From the NCBI RefSeq assembly GCF_000006765.1, contig NC_002516.2: a DNA stretch of 64,000 nucleotides; one strand, written 5' to 3'. The notes below the pieces were generated by a model. The model worked only from the letters and a program-made list of their open reading frames with translations. It was not told where the DNA came from and did no database searches. Below are positions 38,753 through 48,450 of this stretch, in pieces. Source of the DNA: Pseudomonas aeruginosa PAO1. Its GTDB lineage: Bacteria; Pseudomonadota; Gammaproteobacteria; Pseudomonadales; Pseudomonadaceae. Position 1 is the stretch's first letter. Every line of letters begins with the position of its first letter. Both the position numbers and the translations under genes were made by a program.

Positions 38753-41521
38753 ATGGAAATATCCCACGGAGATTTGGCTCCGTACCACAATGATAATGAC
38801 ACAGGGATACAGGCCGTGGATGCAGTACAGGATCCAGCAGCCGGCAGCCTTTCGCGCTCCAGAATAGTGCCGCCTCAGGTGCCAGCCGAATATTCTCTTC
38901 GCCCCGCGATCCGCAACCTGCTGGATCGCAATCCCCATTCACGCGTTCTGATGTTTTCCGCACCTGCCGGCTTCGGCAAGACCTGCGCGCTCGCCGCCCT
39001 GGCCAGGGAGCGCACTGTAGCAGACCAGGCGGTGGCCTGGCTGTCGCTGGCCGAAGAAGACGACGACCCCGCCCGTTTCTGCCGGCAGCTCATCGAGGCG
39101 CTGGGCGAAGCCGTGCCGCAGCTTGGCGACGACGCCCAGACCTACCTGCAGAACACCATGCGGGTCCCGGTGGTGGCGGTGATCGAAAGCCTGCTCGGCG
39201 ATCTCGATCGCTATGCGCGGCCGTTGCTGCTGGTGCTGGACGACCTGCACCTGGTTAGCAACCCGGACATCTTCACCGGCCTCAACCGCCTGGTGCAGTA
39301 CGCACCGCCCGGGCTGGTCCTGGCCCTGGGCACGCGTTCGCAGCCGGCGCTGAGCCTGGCTACCTGGCGGGCCAAGGGACTGTTGCTGGAAATCGGCCTC
39401 GAGGAGCTGCGCCTCGGCTTCGAGGAAACCCGCGAATACCTCGAGCGCAGCGGTCTCTATCTGGACGAGCCCTGCCTGAAGGCGCTCTATGGCCAGACCG
39501 AAGGCTGGGTGGTGGGCGTGCATCTCGTCAGCCTGTGGCTGCGCCAGCAACCGCAGGTGCAGGAAATGGCCCTGCTCGACGGCGACAAGCAGGCGGTCAG
39601 CGCCTATCTGCTGGCGGCGGTCTTCGAACGCTTGCCTGGCGACCTGCAGGAAGCGCTGCTGGCCCTTGGCGTTGCCAGCCAATTGAGCGGCGACCTGGCC
39701 AACGCCCTGACCGGGCGCCAGGACGGCCAGGCGCTGCTGGAGCGCCTGGAGTCCATGCAATTGTTCCTCCTGCCGCTGGATCGCGAACGCCAGTGGTATC
39801 GCTTCCACCTGCTGTTCGCCGACTTCCTCCGCAACCGCCTGCGCGACTCCGATCCGGACCGTTTCAAGCAACTGCATTTCAACGCCAGCCTGTGGTTCAC
39901 CAACCACCACATGCCGACGTTCGCCATCGAGCATGCCTGTGCGGCGGAAGACCCGGAGATGATCGCCGCGCTGGTCGACGGATGCGGACTGGAGCTGATC
40001 AACCGCGGCCAGCTCAGCCTGATCTACCGTTGGCGCAAGCATGTGCCGGACGAAATCGCCGAGCGCTATCCGATCCTGGTCCTTACCGATGTCTGGTCGC
40101 GGGCCAGCGACCTCAGCCTGGGCGAGGCCAACCGGATCATCGACGAACTGCTGGCGCGCTGGGGGGAGAGCCGCGGCGACGGGCCGATGGGCGACCAGTA
40201 CCTCTCCGCGCTGGCGGTGAAGGCGGTGGTGGCGTTGCAGAAGGACGATCTGGAACTGTGCATCGCCCTGGCTCGCCGGGTCGAAGTCCAGCTCGGGCAG
40301 AACGCTGCCTTCCTCGAAGTGGCGGTGTTGATCACTGCCGCGCTGGCCCAGGTGGTCCGTGGCCAGGGCGACCAGGCGCGGCGCCTGCTGGGGCTGGCGC
40401 AGCAGCGCAATCATTTCCTCGAAGGGCGCTACCTGGACATGCAACTGGCCAACGTCGAGGTGATCCTCGCACTCGAGCAGGGCCAGGTGAAGCAGGCGCA
40501 ACTGCTCATCGAGCGGCTCCGCCAGCGTGCCCGGCCGCTGTTCGAGAAGTCCAGGAGCGCGCTGGCGCTGCCGACCATCACCGAGGCCCTGACCGCCTAC
40601 TACAGGATCGAGCTGGACGGGCTGGAAGAGCGCCTGGGCTGGGCGCTCGGGCATGTGGATGTGATCAATCCGATCGATTTCTATGCCCAGGGGCAGATCT
40701 GCCTGGCGCGCACCCAGCGCCTGCTGGGACGGCCGAAGGAGGCGCTGGCCAGCCTGGCGGCGATGCAGGCCCTGGCCTCGCGCAATCAGTCGTGGCGCTT
40801 CTTCGCCCAGGCCATGGCCGAAGAGATCAACCTGATCCTCCAGGACAGCGGCCCCGACCGCCTGAAGCGCGCCGAGCAGCGGTTGAAGAGCGTGGACTGG
40901 AACAAGATGGCGGCACACTACCGCAACATGGCCTTCAACCCGGTCAACTGGTCGCTGGGTGTGAGCCGCGTGCGCCTGTTGCAGGGGCGAGGACATTTCA
41001 GCGAGGCGCTGCACGAGATCACTCAGTTGCGCGGCACCTTGCAGCCCGGTTGGCATGGCCTGCAGCGCCTGCGCCTGGATATCCTGGCGGCGCTCAGCTA
41101 TCAGCGCCTGGGCTACCAGGAACGGGCCAACAGCCTGCTCGGCGAATGCCTGATCAATGCCGAACGGGAAGGGGTGCGCAGCCTCTTCATCGAGGAAGGC
41201 GACGGCATTCGCCAGTTGCTCCAGCAACTCGAATCCACCGAGCGCCAGCCGGCGCTACAGACCTTCATTCGCGGCCTGCTCGGCATCTGGCCCGGGCAGG
41301 GCGTGCGCAAGCCCCAGGATGCGCTCGAGGAAGGCCTGACGGAGCGCGAGCGCGAAGTGGTCTGCCTGGCCGCACAGGGCCTATCCAACGAAGAAATCGG
41401 CCAGCGCCTGTCGCTGGCCCTGGGGACCGTCAAATGGCATCTGCACAACATCTACGAAAAGCTCAAGGTGCGCAATCGCACCCAGGCGATCCGGCGAGCC
41501 CGCGAGCTGAGCCTGCTCTGA
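38753..41521 (+). CDS. MalT-type STAND ATPase-TPR-LuxR regulator (copy 1)
   Basis: Walker A APAGFGKT, Walker B LLLVLDDLH, QWYRFHLLF, C-terminal LTERE...VKWHLHNIYEKL HTH. Confidence 0.9.
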   Translation: MEISHGDLAPYHNDNDTGIQAVDAVQDPAAGSLSRSRIVPPQVPAEYSLRPAIRNLLDRNPHSRVLMFSAPAGFGKTCALAALARERTVADQAVAWLSLAEEDDDPARFCRQLIEALGEAVPQLGDDAQTYLQNTMRVPVVAVIESLLGDLDRYARPLLLVLDDLHLVSNPDIFTGLNRLVQYAPPGLVLALGTRSQPALSLATWRAKGLLLEIGLEELRLGFEETREYLERSGLYLDEPCLKALYGQTEGWVVGVHLVSLWLRQQPQVQEMALLDGDKQAVSAYLLAAVFERLPGDLQEALLALGVASQLSGDLANALTGRQDGQALLERLESMQLFLLPLDRERQWYRFHLLFADFLRNRLRDSDPDRFKQLHFNASLWFTNHHMPTFAIEHACAAEDPEMIAALVDGCGLELINRGQLSLIYRWRKHVPDEIAERYPILVLTDVWSRASDLSLGEANRIIDELLARWGESRGDGPMGDQYLSALAVKAVVALQKDDLELCIALARRVEVQLGQNAAFLEVAVLITAALAQVVRGQGDQARRLLGLAQQRNHFLEGRYLDMQLANVEVILALEQGQVKQAQLLIERLRQRARPLFEKSRSALALPTITEALTAYYRIELDGLEERLGWALGHVDVINPIDFYAQGQICLARTQRLLGRPKEALASLAAMQALASRNQSWRFFAQAMAEEINLILQDSGPDRLKRAEQRLKSVDWNKMAAHYRNMAFNPVNWSLGVSRVRLLQGRGHFSEALHEITQLRGTLQPGWHGLQRLRLDILAALSYQRLGYQERANSLLGECLINAEREGVRSLFIEEGDGIRQLLQQLESTERQPALQTFIRGLLGIWPGQGVRKPQDALEEGLTEREREVVCLAAQGLSNEEIGQRLSLALGTVKWHLHNIYEKLKVRNRTQAIRRARELSLL

Positions 41522-41523
41522 CC

Positions 41524-44247
41524 ATGGGCCATCGCGACGGTGTTCCCGCCAGCACCATTCCGCTGTTGCAGACCAAGCTGTTCCCGCCAGGCGCCGGAGG
41601 GCTGCCGCTGCTGCCCCGCCAGGCGCTGATCGACCGCCTGTACGAGGCCCGCGGGCGACGCGCGATGGTGCTCAGCGCGCCGGCCGGCTTCGGCAAGAGC
41701 ACCATCCTCTGCCAGTTGCGCCTGCGCCTGCTGGAGCAGGGCGCGGCGGTGGCATGGTTGTCCTGCGACGAGACCGACAGCGAACCGCAGCGTCTGATCC
41801 AGTACCTGCTGGCGAGCATCCAGCGAGTGGTCCCGGCATTCGGCGGCAATACCGCCAATCTGCTCGGCACCGACGTCGCGGTGCCGCTGGAGGGTATCCT
41901 GGATGCCTTCCTCGCCGACCTGCGTCGCCTGGAAGGCCCCTTGTACCTGTTCCTCGACGATTTCCACCGCATCCGCCACGCCGCCTTGCCGCATGGGGTT
42001 CGCTACCTGATCGAGAACCTGCCCGATCACGTGCGGGTGGTGGCCTCGACCCGCTTCCGCCCGCGCTTCCTGGTCGACGAGCCGACCCTCAAGCCCTGGA
42101 CCTTCTGCCTGAGCGCGGAAGACCTGCGGCTATCGCGCGAGGAGAGCGATGCGTTTCTCCTCGACCTCAAGGGGCTGGAGCTGGGCGAGCGCGAGCTGAA
42201 GCTGCTGTTCAAGCGCACCGAAGGCTGGATCACGGCGTTGCACCTGGCGGCCCTGGCCCTCAGTCGCAATACCGACCGGGAAGGTTTCCTCCTCGGGCTC
42301 TCCGGGACCGAACGGAACATCGCCGACTACCTGGCGGAAGACGTGCTGGCCAGCCTGCCCGCCGACCTGCAGCTGTTCCTCGACCAGACCTCGGTGCTCG
42401 ATGAGTTCAATGCGGAACTGTGCAATGCGCTGACCGGGCGTCGCGACGGCCTGGACATGCTCATGCGCCTGCAGAACGAGCAGTTGTTCGTCATCGCCCT
42501 GGACGACCAGCGCGAATGGTTCCGCTACCACCATCTGTTCGCCGAGTTCCTCCAGGGGCGGCTGTCCCGGCATGCCGATCCGACCCCGTTGCTGCATGCG
42601 GCGGCGCGCTGGTGCGAGGGGCGCGACCTGGCCGACCGGGCGATCAAGTACGCCCTTCGCGCCCGCGACTACCTGTTCGCCGCCGAGTTGCTGGAGCGCC
42701 AGGGCGCGCGCCTGATCGCCGGTAACCGGGTGTACGGCATCCTCGGCATGCTCAACGGCATTCCCGCCGAGGTGATCCGCGAGCATCCAGTGTTCCAGAT
42801 CTTCTACGCCTGGCAACTGGCGTTCGAGCAACGCTTCGCCGAGGCCGAGGCGTTGATCGAGGAGGTCAGCCACCGCCTCTTGCAGGGGCGCGGCAAGGTC
42901 ATGCACTTCGGGCTCGGCGAGTTGCTCGCCGCCGCCCAGGTGCTCAAGGCCCTGGTGTTGCTCTACCAGGACAAGCTCGAAGCCTGCCTGAAGGTCGCCC
43001 GTCACTGGCTGTCCATGGTCCCGAGCAACCAGCCGGTGTTCCGCGCCAGCCTGCTCTGCGTGCAGGCTTCGGCGCATGCGCTGCTCGGCGACTACGCCGA
43101 GGCCGCCGGCGCCATCGGTTCCGCGCGGGAGGACCTGAAAGTCGCCGACAGCGAGTACCTGCAGGTGGTGACCAGCCTGATCGAATCCCTGATCTGCAAG
43201 GAGAGTGGCGACCTGGAGCGGGGCAGGGCGATCGCCGAGTCGGCGCGCAACCGGGTCGAGCAGGTATTCGGCCGGCGCAGCCGGGTCGGCGGACCCTTGT
43301 CGCTGGCCTATGCCGACCTGCTCTACGAGCAGGACCGGCATGCCGGCGTGCTCGCCGAACTACCGCTGGCGACGGTCTGGCGGGATGTCGCGACGCCGGT
43401 GGAACTGCTCAGTCGCGGCCAGTTGGTCATGGCCAAGGCGCGCTTCTTCTCCGGCGCCGCCGAGCAGGGGCTGGCGCAACTCGACGAATGGCTGAGCGGT
43501 CTGCTCTCGCCCGGCTACGAGCGTGTCTATGCTCACGCCATGAGCTGCAAGGTGCAGTTCCTGCTGTGGCTGCGCCGTCCGAACGAAGCCGAACGGGTCT
43601 GCCTGCAACTGGAGCGGCATCTTGCCGGGCTCTCCGGCGAGCGGCATGCCGACGCACAGACCGCCCTGGTCCTGGCGGAGGCTCGGCTGGCATTGTCCGA
43701 GCGTCACGCGGAACGCGCGCAGAGCAAGCTGGAAAGCTGTCTGGCCGGCTACTCTTCCGCTTACCAGAGGGATCGGCGGCTGCGTTTGTCCTTGTTACTT
43801 TCTGTGGCGTATTGGCAGAAAGGTAACAGCGAAAAAGCCATCGGCCTGTTCCTCGCCACGCTCGAGGAAGCCTGGAATCTCGGCTACCGCCGGCTGTTCC
43901 AGGACGACGCGTTGTGGCTGTTGCCGATGTGGGAAAGCTGGAGGGAAGCGGAGCCCAAGCGTGCCGCGGCCTGGCAGGGGCTGGCCGACCTGCTCCGCGA
44001 GCAGTGCCGGAAGCTCTCCGTGGACCCGGAAAGTTTCGATGAAAATCAGGATGTTAGCCATCGCGAACGGGAAATCCTGCGGCTGGTGGCGGCGGGCTTG
44101 TCGAACCGCGATATCGCGCAGGCGGTGCACCTGTCGGAAGCCACCATCAAGTGGCACCTGCACAACCTGTTCGCCAAGCTGGGTGTGAAGAGCAGAACGC
44201 AAGCCGTACTAAAGGGTAAAAGCCTGGGACTGCTGAGCGAGGCGTGA
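41524..44247 (+). CDS. MalT-type STAND ATPase-TPR-LuxR regulator (copy 2), 907 aa
   Basis: ATG 2 nt after the stop of copy 1; APAGFGKS, LFLDDFH, WFRYHHLF, IKWHLHNLFAKL. Confidence 0.9.
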   Translation: MGHRDGVPASTIPLLQTKLFPPGAGGLPLLPRQALIDRLYEARGRRAMVLSAPAGFGKSTILCQLRLRLLEQGAAVAWLSCDETDSEPQRLIQYLLASIQRVVPAFGGNTANLLGTDVAVPLEGILDAFLADLRRLEGPLYLFLDDFHRIRHAALPHGVRYLIENLPDHVRVVASTRFRPRFLVDEPTLKPWTFCLSAEDLRLSREESDAFLLDLKGLELGERELKLLFKRTEGWITALHLAALALSRNTDREGFLLGLSGTERNIADYLAEDVLASLPADLQLFLDQTSVLDEFNAELCNALTGRRDGLDMLMRLQNEQLFVIALDDQREWFRYHHLFAEFLQGRLSRHADPTPLLHAAARWCEGRDLADRAIKYALRARDYLFAAELLERQGARLIAGNRVYGILGMLNGIPAEVIREHPVFQIFYAWQLAFEQRFAEAEALIEEVSHRLLQGRGKVMHFGLGELLAAAQVLKALVLLYQDKLEACLKVARHWLSMVPSNQPVFRASLLCVQASAHALLGDYAEAAGAIGSAREDLKVADSEYLQVVTSLIESLICKESGDLERGRAIAESARNRVEQVFGRRSRVGGPLSLAYADLLYEQDRHAGVLAELPLATVWRDVATPVELLSRGQLVMAKARFFSGAAEQGLAQLDEWLSGLLSPGYERVYAHAMSCKVQFLLWLRRPNEAERVCLQLERHLAGLSGERHADAQTALVLAEARLALSERHAERAQSKLESCLAGYSSAYQRDRRLRLSLLLSVAYWQKGNSEKAIGLFLATLEEAWNLGYRRLFQDDALWLLPMWESWREAEPKRAAAWQGLADLLREQCRKLSVDPESFDENQDVSHREREILRLVAAGLSNRDIAQAVHLSEATIKWHLHNLFAKLGVKSRTQAVLKGKSLGLLSEA

Positions 44248-44478
44248 GCGGCAGCCGCCATCGCTCCATCCCTTGGATGGGCTGGCGGCGGAAGGGGTGG
44301 CCCAGTAGCTTGGAATCCAGGACGAGAGAGCATGAGGCTCTACCGAATCCATGTCCGGGACACCTAGGGAAGCAGTACCGGACCTGGAGACCGGCGAGAT
44401 GCCGGTCGATCTGCCGGGGACAGGATGCAAACGGCAGTGCCCTGGGGCAAACCACACCTGAACACTGGAGAAATAACA

Positions 44479-44916
44479 ATGAAAAAGCACCTGTTCCTTG
44501 CAACTGCTGTTCTGGCTGCTCCCTTGCTGGCGCATGCCGACCTGAAAGCCATGGACGATGGCGCGCTGTCCGACGTGACCGGCCAGGCAGGCATCAGCAT
44601 TTCCGGTACTTTCCAGGGCTCCGTCGGGGCCGTGACCTACACCGATACCGACACCAACGGCGGCTCCCTGCGGCTGGAGAACATCAGCCTGCCGGCGCTG
44701 ACCATCGACGATACCAAGCCGCTGACCATCGACGTCGTCACCACCGATATCGGCGGCAAGTCGACCCAGCAACTGGCCATCGGCCTGCCGGCCATCACCG
44801 GCGACGTGACCGTTGGCGCCATCAAGGTGGGCGACACCAGCGCCGCCAGCATCGGCTCGCTGACCGTCTCCGGGCTGAACATGGCCGGTTCCACCATCAA
44901 GGTCTGGGGTCACTGA
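44479..44916 (+). CDS. Secreted beta-rich DUF6160/FilA-like protein, 145 aa
   Basis: SD TGGAG; signal peptide (AHA); AMDDGALSDVTGQAG motif; G/S/T/I/V-rich; ends KVWGH. Confidence 0.75.
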   Translation: MKKHLFLATAVLAAPLLAHADLKAMDDGALSDVTGQAGISISGTFQGSVGAVTYTDTDTNGGSLRLENISLPALTIDDTKPLTIDVVTTDIGGKSTQQLAIGLPAITGDVTVGAIKVGDTSAASIGSLTVSGLNMAGSTIKVWGH

Positions 44917-44994
44917 TCCAGGAACCGAGTCGAGACGCGAAGACCTCGCCGAGGCATCGGCGGGGTCTTTCTCCGAAAGAGGTACGACGGGGCG

Positions 44995-45756
44995 ATGTTC
45001 GAGATTTTGCTGGGAAGTCTGATCGGACTGTTCGGGTTCACCCAGACGGTCGATACCAAGCCGCAACCGCAGGGCACGGTCAACCTCAGCCAGCCTCTGA
45101 CCCCCAATGGACCCTACCGCGAATCGGTGCAACTGGAGCCGATGAGCCAGTTGCAGTTCCGCAACGTCATCCGCCAGGCCTATGACTACAGCTGCGGCTC
45201 GGCGGCGCTTACCACGCTGCTGGACTACTACCTCGGGCGCAACCTCGAGGAACGCCAGGTCATGGAAGGGCTGCTGCGCTATGGCGAGGCCGATAAGATC
45301 GTGCAGCGCCGCGGTTTCTCGCTGCTCGACATGAAGCGCTACGCCGCTGCGCTGGGCTACAAGAGCGGTGGTTTTCGCGCCGAGTTCAGCGACCTGGACG
45401 CTCTCGAGCATCCGGCGCTGGTCCCCATCCACTATGCCGGCTTCAAGCATTTCGTGGTGGTGCGCGATGTCTACAACGATCACGTCTTCGTCGCCGATCC
45501 GGCCTTGGGCAACATCAGCTTCACCCGGACGCGCTTCGAGGAAATCTGGGACCAGAACGTCCTGTTCGTGATCTTCCCGAGTGGGCAGGAGCCCCGCAAC
45601 GCGCTGGCGCTGAACGATCGCGACATGCGCCTGGTGGACGACCGCACCGTCAGCCTGCTGGCGTTCCGCGAGTTTCCGCAGATCAACAAGATCACTGAAA
45701 ACCAGGTCCGTGAGCTGGGCACTGGTGGCGACGTCATACACCTGCGCACCAAGTAG
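44995..45756 (+). CDS. Stand-alone C39 peptidase (FapD/FilB-like)
   Basis: RQAYDYSCGSAAL (Cys), GFSLLDMKRY, FKHFVVV (His), VADPALG (Asp); no ABC domain. Confidence 0.88.
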   Translation: MFEILLGSLIGLFGFTQTVDTKPQPQGTVNLSQPLTPNGPYRESVQLEPMSQLQFRNVIRQAYDYSCGSAALTTLLDYYLGRNLEERQVMEGLLRYGEADKIVQRRGFSLLDMKRYAAALGYKSGGFRAEFSDLDALEHPALVPIHYAGFKHFVVVRDVYNDHVFVADPALGNISFTRTRFEEIWDQNVLFVIFPSGQEPRNALALNDRDMRLVDDRTVSLLAFREFPQINKITENQVRELGTGGDVIHLRTK

Positions 45757-45796
45757 CAGATACCCAAAAACAAGAACAATCTCTGGGGATAGCGCC

Positions 45797-46822
45797 ATGA
45801 GAATCAGGGGGTACACATGCGCGGCGGCGCTGATGCTGTCTATCAGCGGTTTGTCCGTTGCCGAGGAAGCCTCGGTCGACCAGGCCCGTGACGCGCTGGC
45901 CAAGAAGAATGACGATGCCGACAGCGCCAAGGCGCTGGAGGAGGTCTTCCAGGCCGCCGAGAAGAGCTACACCTTGCTCAAGAAGGGCGAGCGGACCCTG
46001 ACCTACGGTTTCGACTACGCGCTGGTGCGCGACCAGCGGCTGACCCTGGTGCCGCTGACCAAGACCAGTGGCGGCACGCAGATCTACGGCCTCGCCGGCC
46101 GGCAGAGCCAGTCCCAGCACACCTTCACCAACTCCTTCACCTTCGACTACGGGATCTGGGACAACCTCACCTTCAGTTTCCGCCTGCCGCTGGTAGCCAA
46201 GTACGACACCGAGATGGATACCCACGCCTACAGCCTCGGCGACGTTTCCGCGACCTTGCGCTGGCAGCCCTGGGCGGCGGTGCGCGGGCGGCCGGTCACC
46301 ACGCTGTATACCACCATCGGCCTGCCGACCGGCGACAGTCCCTACAAGACCAACCTGGACAAGGACATCTCCACCGGCAACGGCTACTACAGCCTGGGCT
46401 TCGGCGCGAACATGTCCTATGTGATCGACCCGGTGGTCCTCTACGGCTCGCTCGGCTACACCTGGAACCTGCCGGTGGACGACGTGCACCAGACCCTGGC
46501 CGACAACTCCCAGCTGGAGAAGGTCTCGCCCGGCAACACGATCAACTTCAACATGGGCATGGCCTACGCGCTGTCCTACGACGTCTCGCTGGCGACTTCG
46601 TACCAGATGGCCTACACGCTGAAGAACCGCTACCACACCACTGCCGGTACGTTCGAGTCGTCCGAACAGACCAGTAGCATCATGAACTTCTCGCTCGGCT
46701 TGCGGACGTCACCGGACTACATCGTCAACGTCAACGCCGGTTTCGGCCTCACGGAAGACTCGCCGGATGTACTGCTGGGGTTATCCGTACCCCTCGATAT
46801 CAAAGGGCTGAAGGCCCAGTAA
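45797..46822 (+). CDS. FapF-like outer-membrane beta-barrel, 341 aa
   Basis: Signal peptide, helical N-region, GDVSATLRWQP, LPTGDSPY, TGNGYYS, DPVVLYGSLGYTWN, GFGLTEDSPD. Confidence 0.75.
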   Translation: MRIRGYTCAAALMLSISGLSVAEEASVDQARDALAKKNDDADSAKALEEVFQAAEKSYTLLKKGERTLTYGFDYALVRDQRLTLVPLTKTSGGTQIYGLAGRQSQSQHTFTNSFTFDYGIWDNLTFSFRLPLVAKYDTEMDTHAYSLGDVSATLRWQPWAAVRGRPVTTLYTTIGLPTGDSPYKTNLDKDISTGNGYYSLGFGANMSYVIDPVVLYGSLGYTWNLPVDDVHQTLADNSQLEKVSPGNTINFNMGMAYALSYDVSLATSYQMAYTLKNRYHTTAGTFESSEQTSSIMNFSLGLRTSPDYIVNVNAGFGLTEDSPDVLLGLSVPLDIKGLKAQ

Positions 46823-46841
46823 CCCGCGAGCGAGGCCTGTT

Positions 46842-48440
46842 ATGAAGATGCGCATTGCGCCGCTCTGGCTGGCGCTGGCAGGGGTGTGCCTGGCCTGGAT
46901 TCCGCCGGCCGGCGCGCAGATGGCCAACGACCTGACCATCGGCAACCCGAAAGCCATGGCCCTCGGCAACGCCGTGACCGCCGACGAGACCGGCATCGAT
47001 TCGGTGCACTACAACCCGGCGGCGCTGACCAGGATGAAGGGCCGCCAGGCGACCGTGAAGCTGCTCACCGGGGTGATGGACATCCGCGCCGGCTTCAAGG
47101 CGCCGCCGAACTACGGCGAAGGCACCTTCGGCCTGCGCGACGACCCGGTTGCCAACAGCCACAGCCGGACCCTGACCCCGACCATGTACCTGCCCGGTCT
47201 CGGCGGCATGACCGACGTGCCGTTGCTGGTGGCGCCGCTGGCCGGGATCTCGATCAACCCGCCGGGCTCCAAGTTCACCTTCGCCACCAACGTCTACACC
47301 CCGCAAGCGCTGGGCTACAGCCGCGATTCCGATAGCGATCCGGCGCGCTACCAGGGACGCGAGGTGTCGTTGCAGCGGCTCACCTACTTCTCGCCGACCC
47401 TGGCCTACCAGGTCAACGACGAGCTGTCGGTCGGCCTGTCGGTGGGTTTCTCCCACCAGGCAGTAGCGTTGAACGAGGATTTCCGGGCGCCGAACCAGTT
47501 GCTCGGGCTGTTGCAGCAGACCAAGGAGATCGGTTGCCTGCCGGGAATGCAGGAGATCCTCGAGGTGTTCTTCAACGTCTGCGGCGGCAATATCGGTCCG
47601 TTCCAGAACCTGGCCAATATCGATCTGGACATGCAACAGTCGCTTTCGCCCAGCTTCAACCTCGGCGTGCTCTGGGAGCCCACCGACTGGTTCGCCTGGG
47701 GCGCGACCTACCAGAGCGAGTCGCGGATGAGGCTCAAGGGCAAGTACCGGGTCGACTACGGCCAGGGCTGGCAGGGTTTCTGGACCGGGGTGCACAAGTC
47801 GCTCGGCGGTGCGATCCTCGGCCAGATGTTCCCCTACGGGAACGTCGACGAAGAGCATGGCAACGCCACGATGAACATGGTCTATCCGGATGCCTTCTCC
47901 ACCGGCGTGAAGCTGCGCCCGTTCAAGAAGTGGCAATTCAACTTCGACCTGAAATGGAACGGCTACAGCGACTGGAACGAGTTCAAGATCGAGTTCGACC
48001 GCGAGCTCGACCTGCTGCGCATCGCCAAGTACCTCGACTCGAAGGACGCCACCAGCCACAGCATCACCCTCGACCGCGGCTACCGCGATACCTGGAGCTG
48101 GGCCATGGGCGTGCAGTACGACGTCAACGACCGTTTGCAGCTGCGCGCCGGCTACGAATACCGGCCTTCGGCGATCCCCAAGGGCCAGGCGGACATCCTG
48201 GTGCCGATCGGCGATGCCAATCTCTACGGCCTGGGGCTGGGCTACCAGTGGGACAAGGACACGGTGATCGATGTCGGTTTCAACTACTTCGTCACCAAGC
48301 AGAGCGTCAAGGCCGATAACAGCTGCAACCTGAACTGCACCGGGCTCGACAACCTGGTGTACAACCCCTACGCGGGACTGGACGTGGACACCACGGTGAA
48401 GGCCTATATTTTCGCCATGACCTACCGTACGACCTTCTGA
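46842..48440 (+). CDS. FadL/OmpP1/TodX-type outer-membrane channel, 532 aa
   Basis: AMALGNAVTA...HYNPAAL hatch, alternating beta-strands, C-terminal Phe (YRTTF). Confidence 0.82.
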   Translation: MKMRIAPLWLALAGVCLAWIPPAGAQMANDLTIGNPKAMALGNAVTADETGIDSVHYNPAALTRMKGRQATVKLLTGVMDIRAGFKAPPNYGEGTFGLRDDPVANSHSRTLTPTMYLPGLGGMTDVPLLVAPLAGISINPPGSKFTFATNVYTPQALGYSRDSDSDPARYQGREVSLQRLTYFSPTLAYQVNDELSVGLSVGFSHQAVALNEDFRAPNQLLGLLQQTKEIGCLPGMQEILEVFFNVCGGNIGPFQNLANIDLDMQQSLSPSFNLGVLWEPTDWFAWGATYQSESRMRLKGKYRVDYGQGWQGFWTGVHKSLGGAILGQMFPYGNVDEEHGNATMNMVYPDAFSTGVKLRPFKKWQFNFDLKWNGYSDWNEFKIEFDRELDLLRIAKYLDSKDATSHSITLDRGYRDTWSWAMGVQYDVNDRLQLRAGYEYRPSAIPKGQADILVPIGDANLYGLGLGYQWDKDTVIDVGFNYFVTKQSVKADNSCNLNCTGLDNLVYNPYAGLDVDTTVKAYIFAMTYRTTF

Positions 48441-48450
48441 GGGCTGGAGC

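Noticed and set aside
38939-41227. 762-aa minus-strand ORF
   Set aside because: Antisense shadow of the first MalT-like regulator.
39535-41523. 1570-aa ORF suggesting one giant regulator or a programmed frameshift fusing the two MalT-like genes
   Set aside because: The upstream 663 codons are the off-frame shadow of copy 1 (A/G/R/P-rich nonsense). Copy 2 has its own ATG at 41524, and I saw no slippery site.
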